20,000 nt of DNA from an uncultured virus (IMG/VR IMGVR_UViG_3300036761_004198). Taxonomy: Duplodnaviria; Heunggongvirae; Uroviricota; Caudoviricetes. The stretch lies in the IMG/VR virus record IMGVR_UViG_3300036761_004198. The stretch is one strand, 5' to 3'. This document shows positions 13,935 through 20,000 of the stretch, piece after piece (the stretch's first letter is position 1; each line of letters starts with the position of its first letter). The translations under genes were made by a program, and so were the position numbers. The notes beneath the pieces were generated by a model. That model made no database searches and was not told the DNA's origin. It saw only the letters and a list, made by a program, of their open reading frames with translations.

Positions 13935-15172
13935 GCCTTCGTCTCCGACACGTCAATGATCATCCCGTCGACGGCATCGCTTCGAGGACCGCCCACGCAC
14001 GAGCACTCGGGACACGGCGACAGGCAGCGTGCGCACGCTAGAAGCTTGGTGACCACGTGCGTGGGGCACCACCACACAGAGTGCCAGACGCGCCAGCCCA
14101 ACGACACCGCCGCCGCGCTGTGCGCCGGTGAGAGTCGGTAGTAAGCATCCTCGTCCGTGACTGGCGTCAGCCTCGTACACGTGAGCGTGAGCGTCTCCAC
14201 GCACCCTTCCTCGTGACAGTGCATGCCCCAGGACGACTCTGGCGGAGTGACCGGCGACGGCAGCACGGAGACGTAGCCACCGATCGCCGCCTGCCGCTGT
14301 TGCGGCGTCATTTTCGCCGCAACCTCGATCGAGGACCGGAGCCGCGCTTCGAGACTGGCTCCCTCCTGCATGCAAGCAGTCCCCAGCCACGCCACGGGGA
14401 GCGATCCGCCACGGCAGAGATGTTCGTCGAGGTTCGCCGCCAGCTCGGCCACAGCGTGCCACTGGCCGTCAAGCATCGCGCGGCGAAGGCGGGAGAGCTC
14501 CTCATCGACGACGAAACCGTCGAAGTCTCGCCGCGCGTCCTCATCCGCGTTCGACCGCGTGCTCACGATCGCCTTCGAGCCTCCGACCAGATCGGCCTCC
14601 ATCTCATCCATCGGCGTCGGCAGACTCTTGCCGTCCCACGCCAGTACCCGGATCGCCAGCTCGACGTGCTCGTCGCACAGGCCGTCCTCGCAGTCGGTCT
14701 GCACGAGGCGGTTTCCGTGCATCGCCATGTCGGACCCGTCGTCGAGGATCACGAAGCGATCGACCTCGGGGTGCTTCCGCAGCCAGAAGTCGATCTCGTA
14801 GCCACGGTACATCCGTTCGAGGTGTCCGTACACGGTCACCATCTCAGGCTCGCCGTGGCCCTCGGGCGTTTCACCGATGATCTCGCCCATCAGTCCGTGC
14901 TCTTCGAGCATCCGGCGCAGCTCCGGCGGATCGAAGAGCTTGCGCCAGGTGCTGCTGACCACGATCTTCGCGCCGGTCGTCGCGACGAGACGATTCAGAC
15001 GGGCGACCGCGTCGCGATCGATCTGGTGGTAGAGCTTGAAGCAATCACACGTCGTCTCGCGCTTGGGACTCACGGGCTCGGTGTGCCCGAGCTGGCGGTG
15101 CTTCGCCTCGAGCTTGAGAGCGTAACTCTCGCTGTTGAGCACACCGTCAACATCTAGAAAAATCACATGCAC
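13931..15172 (-). CDS. HAD-superfamily phosphatase (Swiss-army-knife RNA-repair type) with long C-terminal extension
   Basis: IFLDVDGVLN, KIVVSSTWR, IIGETP, RGYEIDFWL, FVILDD, LVQTD..DGL; C-terminal ~230 aa with Cys/His clusters. Confidence 0.88.
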   Translation of the reverse strand: MHVIFLDVDGVLNSESYALKLEAKHRQLGHTEPVSPKRETTCDCFKLYHQIDRDAVARLNRLVATTGAKIVVSSTWRKLFDPPELRRMLEEHGLMGEIIGETPEGHGEPEMVTVYGHLERMYRGYEIDFWLRKHPEVDRFVILDDGSDMAMHGNRLVQTDCEDGLCDEHVELAIRVLAWDGKSLPTPMDEMEADLVGGSKAIVSTRSNADEDARRDFDGFVVDEELSRLRRAMLDGQWHAVAELAANLDEHLCRGGSLPVAWLGTACMQEGASLEARLRSSIEVAAKMTPQQRQAAIGGYVSVLPSPVTPPESSWGMHCHEEGCVETLTLTCTRLTPVTDEDAYYRLSPAHSAAAVSLGWRVWHSVWWCPTHVVTKLLACARCLSPCPECSCVGGPRSDAVDGMIIDVSETKA

Positions 15173-15195
15173 GCGGACCGCCTCACTGTCTCGCC

Positions 15196-15411
15196 TTACT
15201 CGTTGCCCGCGTTGTCCACGTTGTCCACGTTGCTCTCGTTGACGAACGCGAGCACGCGCTTGCGATCCGGCGGCGTCAGCTGATCGAGGATCTTGGTGAT
15301 CTTCGTGATCGCCTCGATCGCCGTCGGAGGCTTTACCTCGCGCTTACCGTTGCCGTTGGTCGAAGATCCGGGGGTGGTCGTCGTCTGTGCCGTCGTCTGT
15401 GCCTGTGCCAT
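15196..15411 (-). CDS. Small hypothetical protein (71 aa, MAQAQTTAQ...)
   Basis: AGGAG RBS with A/C-rich leader; helical core AIEAITKITKILDQLTPPDRKRVLAFV. Confidence 0.72.
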   Translation of the reverse strand: MAQAQTTAQTTTTPGSSTNGNGKREVKPPTAIEAITKITKILDQLTPPDRKRVLAFVNESNVDNVDNAGNE

Positions 15412-15529
15412 GGTGCTTGCTCCTGATTGGTTGTTGCTCGACGCCTCGACGAATGCCGTCAGGACGCCGTGAAGATCACGTGCACGATCGCTGCTGCGGC
15501 CCGCTGTGGGCCCTGACTGCATGAGTCCG

Positions 15530-15955
15530 TCAATGGCCTCGCGCAGCGCGATCGCCTCGTTGTGCCTCGCTGGTCGCATCGTACGCTTCGGGTTCCGTCG
15601 CCTCGCGGAACGAGAGACTGTCACGCGCGTCGACGCGATCGAGGAGGAAGATGAGCGCCTTGCGGATCCCCGCGAGCACGGACTCCTCGTCCTCGAGACG
15701 CACGTCAGCCGTGTTGAGAAGAATCTGCTCGATGCCCGCTCGAAGCTCCTCGGCCTCCTGCCCGTGAACCGCGCCACCGTGCCGATCGCACGGTAGCCCG
15801 ACCACGCACGCGGCGACGACCTGGACGACCACCTCAGCGAAGTTACGCGCCATCAGATCGGCGTCAGCACGGCTGTAGCCGCCCTGGAGGTACTCGCGTG
15901 CGGCCTCGACCGTCTCGGCAAGATCGTCCGGCGAGAGCTTCGCCACAGTGCTCAC
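15530..15955 (-). CDS. Hypothetical protein (141 aa)
   Basis: GTGA overlap with the upstream gene; typical codon usage. Confidence 0.7.
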   Translation of the reverse strand: MSTVAKLSPDDLAETVEAAREYLQGGYSRADADLMARNFAEVVVQVVAACVVGLPCDRHGGAVHGQEAEELRAGIEQILLNTADVRLEDEESVLAGIRKALIFLLDRVDARDSLSFREATEPEAYDATSEAQRGDRAARGH

Positions 15956-16590
15956 GTCTCGGTCTCCGAAGACGGCGCCGCTGGAGGGGCGGGTTCCGTC
16001 GATGCGCCCAGCGGCACGTCGTCGGTCACGATCAGCGGCGGCGGCACGGTCGCGGCCGTCGGCGGCGGCGGCGACGGCGACTGGACGTCCGTCGTACCGT
16101 TCGCCTCGGGCGCCGGAGGAGCGAACGACGGTGGCGGCGGAGGCGGCGGCGAAAACGACGACGGCGGAGCGAACGACGGCGGCGGGCCGAACGACGGCGG
16201 CGGACCGAACGACGGCGGCTGCGACGGCGGTTGCGCGAACGACGGCGGCGGACCGAACGACGGCTGCGACGGCGGTTGCGCGAACGACGGCGGTTGCGCG
16301 AACGACGGCGGTTGCGCGAACGACGGCGGTTGTGTGGGAACGTTCACGGGCGGAAGCTGCGGCTGCGAACTACCGTTCGGCACTCCTGGTAAGAGACCCT
16401 TCGCGCGGAAGATCTCCAGCAGGATCACTTGCCCCTCGCGGAGCTTGTCCTGGAGCACGAACACCAGCGTCTGGTCTTCGAGGTTGTGAGCCATCGCGTT
16501 GGCCACGGCGCGCTGCGCATCGTCCAGGTGCTGCGCCACCTTCCACCACCACAGGCGCTCGCTTCCTTCCTGATAGCCTGGCTGCGACAT
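15952..16590 (-). CDS. Proline-rich repeat protein with short helical N-terminal domain
   Basis: GGAGG RBS; ~70-aa helical N-terminus, then about 10 PPSF(A/G) units. Confidence 0.8.
   Translation of the reverse strand: MSQPGYQEGSERLWWWKVAQHLDDAQRAVANAMAHNLEDQTLVFVLQDKLREGQVILLEIFRAKGLLPGVPNGSSQPQLPPVNVPTQPPSFAQPPSFAQPPSFAQPPSQPSFGPPPSFAQPPSQPPSFGPPPSFGPPPSFAPPSSFSPPPPPPPSFAPPAPEANGTTDVQSPSPPPPTAATVPPPLIVTDDVPLGASTEPAPPAAPSSETET
16121..16332 (-). repeat. Coding minisatellite, mostly 18-bp units (PPSFAQ/PPPSFG)
   Basis: Recurrent GAACGACGGCGG on the plus strand. Confidence 0.9.
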
Positions 16591-16591
16591 C

Positions 16592-16963
16592 TTACGCCTC
16601 CGCCTTGGGAGCCGCGGCTGCGAGCGCGGGGGCCTGGATCGCGACTTCCCGAAGGACGCTCCACAACACCTCGGTCAGCGAGCGGAAGTGCGAGGGCATG
16701 TCTCCCAGCGGCTCGACGTCGAGCGGCGGCGAGGGCTGAACGACACGGCGGCCGAGGTCGGTTTCAACCTCGATGGAGTAGATCTTCATTCGTCGATCCT
16801 TTCTTTGATCTTTGACTGCGTCACCGAGAGCAACGACCGCACGCGCGTGATCTCGTCGCGGACGTTCGTCGTACCAGACGTGCTTGAGTCGACGCAGCGT
16901 AGCAAGTGTGCAGCCGATCGTCTCGAACACGGGCACGCCCTCACGCATCGTCGGAATGCTCAC
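16592..16963 (-). CDS. Hypothetical protein (123 aa from the coupled GTG, or 65 aa from ATG 16789)
   Basis: In-frame GTG overlaps the ATPase stop; internal ATG at 16789 has an AAAGGA RBS. Confidence 0.6.
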   Translation of the reverse strand: MSIPTMREGVPVFETIGCTLATLRRLKHVWYDERPRRDHARAVVALGDAVKDQRKDRRMKIYSIEVETDLGRRVVQPSPPLDVEPLGDMPSHFRSLTEVLWSVLREVAIQAPALAAAAPKAEA

Positions 16964-18900
16964 GACGCCTCCGGGAACAACAACTCCGTCGCGCGCACGA
17001 AACCCGTGCGCGGATACTCCGCCAGCCCTCGCGCGCGCAACCACGATCGGTTGTTGTCGAACGCGCTCGACGTGGTGCTCGTACCCGCCTGCTTCGCAAA
17101 GTCCTCCAGAGACATCTCGGTCGGGTACGCTTCGATGAGCACGCGGAGCATGCGGCCGTGCGCTGGCGTTACCTTCCCGAAAATGGCCTCGTGAAGCGCG
17201 TCATTCGTGGGAGGGAGGTCCGACGGCGGAGCGATCACACGGCCAGCCTCGGTCAGCTTCACCCGGCCGCTCGACGGGTAGTCGATGTAGCCGCTCGCGC
17301 GGAGTCGCGATCGGTTGTTGTCGAACGCGGAGGACTTCGTCGAGGTTCGCGCGATGAACGCGACGCCGCCGAGGTCCGGTGACGCCACGCCGATGCTCTC
17401 CCACCACGCGATCGCCGACAACAGGCGCAGGTGCGCCGGCTGAAGATCGTGAATGCCGTTCGTCGCGGTGCGCGCGCCGTCATGCCTCGCGCTGTCCTTC
17501 TTCACAGGGATTGGCTTTGCCGTGGTCTGCTCGCGCTTCGGCTTCGGCGTCGGCAGAGGCGCCACCAGTGACGGTGCCGTGTCCGACGCGAGGGCGAGGA
17601 CCTCGGCGACCAGCTTAGCGGAATCACCCTTCTTGGCGCGGAACTCGATCACACGTGTCGCGACGTCCTTGAGCTTGGTCGCCTCGGTGCGCAGACCGGT
17701 GAGGTGCAGCTCGAGATCAGCGTGGGTGCCGGTGATGCGCAGGATGAGCTTGTCGATCTTCTTCACGAGATCCTCCAGCCGTCGAAGATCCGCAGGCTTC
17801 ACGACCTCGACCTTCTTGACGACGATCTTCTCCTTGACCTTCCTGACCGCGGCGAGCTCCTTCTGGAGCGTGACGACCTGCGCGCGCAGCTCGGGGCTCT
17901 CGTTGATGACGCGCGTCTTGCTACCCCGATCCAGCTCCTTGCGAAGCGCGATGACCTGCTTCTTCAGCTCGCTCGGGTCGTTGTCCTTCTGACGCTGCAC
18001 CGCCGCGGCCATCGCCTGACCGAGGCGCTGAAGATCGACCGGCGCGAGCTTCTTGGGCGCCTTGATCTTCTGCCCAGGCTTGGGCGTCGCGCCGGAGTCA
18101 AACGTGCGCTTGTCGCGCGCGCGGAAGCGCTTGTGGATCTTGAGCCGCGGCGCCCACACCCAGGCGTCTCCACGCTGGAGAGAGTCAAGCGACTCGATCA
18201 TCTCCTCCTGGAGAGCAAACGCGGTGTTGTTGCCCTGCTTCTTCTTGCGCAGCCGAAGCCACCTCTCGACGGCGTCGATGTCGAGGTTGTGCGACATGCC
18301 GAGCACGAACAGCATGTCCACCATCGTCCGCACGCTCGCGTTCAGCTCGGCTGGGCGCTGCGTGATGAGCGTCGTGCCGATGCCCTTCTTACGACCGCGA
18401 CGCACGATGTGTGACATCGCGCGGATGCAACGATTGTCCTCGACGTCGAACGCTTTCTGCGGCGCGAACACATCGGCCTCGTCCACGAAAATGTGGATCG
18501 GCTTGCGGTTGCGTCGATAGATCGTGTCGAGAAACTCGCGCACGAACTTGGTCTCCGCCATGTCCGACATCCCGTCGGTGCAGATCACGCACGAGAAGCG
18601 CTCGGCGACGACGGCCTCGGCCAGCTGGACGGCTCCGCCGGGTTCGAGCTTGAGATCGCCGTGATCGCCGCCGATCACGACGACTGGATAGCCCTCGCTC
18701 TTGCCATCCGCGCTCGCGCGCAGGCCCCACCAGGCGTCGGTGGGATCGATCGCGACGATGACCTGCCCGTGCTCGAGCATCTCCTCGGCCGCGACCTGCG
18801 CGAGGTGACTCTTGCCGAGGCCCTTGGTCGCGAAGATGCCAGCCGTCGAGACGACGAGGTCGGCGCCGAGCATAAGGTCTTCCGAGATGCGTAGCTTCAT
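16960..18900 (-). CDS. HerA/FtsK-like (DUF87-type) P-loop ATPase with coiled coil and two C-terminal winged-helix-like repeats
   Basis: Walker A ATKGLGKS, AIDPTDAWWGLR, Walker B IFVDEADVFAPQ, RRGRKKGIG, LITQRPA; duplicated PAH.R.L...TST.SSAFDNNRS.LRA.G...YP..G.V. Confidence 0.9.
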   Translation of the reverse strand: MKLRISEDLMLGADLVVSTAGIFATKGLGKSHLAQVAAEEMLEHGQVIVAIDPTDAWWGLRASADGKSEGYPVVVIGGDHGDLKLEPGGAVQLAEAVVAERFSCVICTDGMSDMAETKFVREFLDTIYRRNRKPIHIFVDEADVFAPQKAFDVEDNRCIRAMSHIVRRGRKKGIGTTLITQRPAELNASVRTMVDMLFVLGMSHNLDIDAVERWLRLRKKKQGNNTAFALQEEMIESLDSLQRGDAWVWAPRLKIHKRFRARDKRTFDSGATPKPGQKIKAPKKLAPVDLQRLGQAMAAAVQRQKDNDPSELKKQVIALRKELDRGSKTRVINESPELRAQVVTLQKELAAVRKVKEKIVVKKVEVVKPADLRRLEDLVKKIDKLILRITGTHADLELHLTGLRTEATKLKDVATRVIEFRAKKGDSAKLVAEVLALASDTAPSLVAPLPTPKPKREQTTAKPIPVKKDSARHDGARTATNGIHDLQPAHLRLLSAIAWWESIGVASPDLGGVAFIARTSTKSSAFDNNRSRLRASGYIDYPSSGRVKLTEAGRVIAPPSDLPPTNDALHEAIFGKVTPAHGRMLRVLIEAYPTEMSLEDFAKQAGTSTTSSAFDNNRSWLRARGLAEYPRTGFVRATELLFPEAS

Positions 18901-19205
18901 TCGCCGGCCTTCCCGGTCTCCCAGTCAGCCACATGCTCGGGGCCAAACTCGACCAGCGCTCCCTCTTCGAGATCTCGGATCACGACCGGCATGTTTCGCA
19001 GCCGACCCCGGTAACGCCCGGCCTCTACGGCCACGACCTCCACCCACATCCGCTCGCCCCCCGCCGCGCCGTCCTCGGTCGGATCGACGAAGACGAGCTT
19101 GGCGAGATCGCGCTCGCGAAGGTCCTCACGATCGACACGGGACGGGATCTTGAACGAGGCGTGTGCGTTCGCGCGTGCCTCGGCGCTGGCTAGCGCATAC
19201 GTCAT
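18897..19205 (-). CDS. DUF2314-like small beta protein
   Basis: AKLVF...ERMWVEV...YRGRLRNMP...L..G..VEFGPEHV; ATGA overlaps at both ends. Confidence 0.65.
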   Translation of the reverse strand: MTYALASAEARANAHASFKIPSRVDREDLRERDLAKLVFVDPTEDGAAGGERMWVEVVAVEAGRYRGRLRNMPVVIRDLEEGALVEFGPEHVADWETGKAGE

Positions 19206-19453
19206 CGCGCCACCTTTCTCTTCCGCGGCTCAAGCTTCGACCAGCCCCCATCACGGATGCACAGAAAACCGATCGCGTTCGCGGCGTCGCGCCCGCACTC
19301 CTCGCAGAGCGCGATCGAGATCCCGACGTCACTCTGCCCGCGCCAGATGCTGAACACACCCGCAAGCGGCGCCCCCTTGGCGCCACCGCAACCCGCGCAG
19401 TCGGACGGCGCGGCGACGACGCCGGGCACGAAGGGTCTTGCCTCGATGGTCAT
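19202..19453 (-). CDS. Small Zn-finger protein (83 aa, CxxC...LCxxC)
   Basis: CAGC and LCEEC; ATGA overlaps; AAGGAG RBS. Confidence 0.72.
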   Translation of the reverse strand: MTIEARPFVPGVVAAPSDCAGCGGAKGAPLAGVFSIWRGQSDVGISIALCEECGRDAANAIGFLCIRDGGWSKLEPRKRKVAR

Positions 19454-19878
19454 CGCAGCCGCTCCTTCTTCGAGGTGATGATCCCGTCGATGATGTCGCG
19501 CGCCCTCACCATCTCGCCGATCTCGTGCGTCGGTCGCACGCGCTCGATCTCGGCGCGCTGGCTCTCGATCACGGACACCGCGTCTTGCTCGATCTTGTCG
19601 AGGTAGTCGAGCAACTCCAGCACGATCCGCGGCTGCGCCGCGACGAGGTAGTCGAGCACGCCCGGGGGCGCCAGGAGATCGGGGTGTCGATCGGACGGGT
19701 GCGTCGTCGCGCACAGGACGTCGCCGTCACCATGCGCGCCGATGCGACGAAACGAATTCGACGTCTGAAGCGCCCAGTCACCCGCCAGTGCCGTGCGACG
19801 CTCGCGCGTCTTCGCGCGCGTCGCATTCACCGCCGCGATCGCGGCGTCGCGGAGCTGCTGTCGCTGCTCCTTGATCAC
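19450..19878 (-). CDS. Ead/Ea22-like phage protein
   Basis: GDW..QTSNSFRRIG...SDRHPDL...YLVAAQPRIVLELLD resembles the Ead/Ea22 'GPW...FIAAANP..VLALLDE' pattern; GTG start behind GGAGG. Confidence 0.65.
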   Translation of the reverse strand: MIKEQRQQLRDAAIAAVNATRAKTRERRTALAGDWALQTSNSFRRIGAHGDGDVLCATTHPSDRHPDLLAPPGVLDYLVAAQPRIVLELLDYLDKIEQDAVSVIESQRAEIERVRPTHEIGEMVRARDIIDGIITSKKERLR

Positions 19879-20000
19879 GCGCGCGCCGCCTCCTGCCAAC
19901 AGCAGTGCTTCGCGTCGAGCCGGTTCACCTCCGCCTCGACCGCAACGGCGATCTCGTCGTACGCGGCATTCATGTCGCGAGAAAACACCCGAGACTTCAC
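19875..20000 (-). CDS. Probable 3' end of a hypothetical gene entering from the right edge
   Basis: Open frame VKSRVFSRDMNAAYDEIAVAVEAEVNRLDAKHCCWQEAARA* ending in a GTGA overlap. Confidence 0.55.
   Translation of the reverse strand: MKSRVFSRDMNAAYDEIAVAVEAEVNRLDAKHCCWQEAARA

Noticed and set aside
15211..15232. GTTGTCCAC tandem duplication resembling DnaA boxes
   Set aside because: Inside a coding 3' end (NVDNVDN), ends in CACG rather than CACA; a simple 9-bp slippage explains it.
15412..15529. Possible multi-stem RNA (GTCAGG/CCTGAC enclosing two small hairpins)
   Set aside because: Stems of 5-6 bp are expected by chance at this GC content, and the region could be coding if the gene starts further upstream.
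16121..16332. Repeat array as a possible CRISPR
   Set aside because: Short tandem in-frame units without unique spacers; no cas genes.
17044..17329. 22-bp direct repeat as att sites or a DGR template/variable pair
   Set aside because: Both copies are in frame within duplicated protein domains; no integrase or reverse transcriptase; no adenine-specific differences.
1..20000. Host assignment and tRNA/rRNA genes
   Set aside because: High GC with frequent GATC/TCGA is not enough to name a host; no cloverleaf or rRNA-like segment seen in the short intergenic gaps.

Overview
GC-rich, densely packed bacteriophage or prophage DNA. About 30 genes, all on the minus strand, many coupled by ATGA/GTGA/TGATG overlaps; the long plus-strand ORFs are antisense shadows. 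No structural, lysis or integrase genes are in view. Reading right to left: an Ead/Ea22-like gene and small accessory genes, a HerA/FtsK-like (DUF87-type) ATPase with two tandem winged-helix-like repeats, a Pro-rich repeat protein, a HAD (Swiss-army-knife type) fusion protein, a DCL/DUF3223 protein, an SNF2 helicase, an HNH-XRE fusion, several small Zn-binding/HTH/transglutaminase-like genes and a collagen-Kelch protein. After a ~370-bp non-coding gap with DnaA-box-like repeats comes the replication module: conserved coiled-coil protein, SSB, Dda/RecD-like SF1B helicase, UDG-superfamily protein and a family A DNA polymerase. The polymerase (<1..1770) is missing from the ORF track because it runs off the window. 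The most notable observations: (i) a ~150-nt candidate structured RNA at 4257..4403 with two identical loop-E-like internal loops and an RBS-sequestering hairpin with a possible kissing loop; (ii) two, possibly three, inserted genes flanked by diverged duplicate copies of the neighbouring gene's terminus; (iii) paired DnaA-box-like motifs upstream of the replication operon; (iv) a PolA with Leu762 and several non-canonical active-site residues. All family assignments are by motif recognition only; no database search or folding calculation was run.
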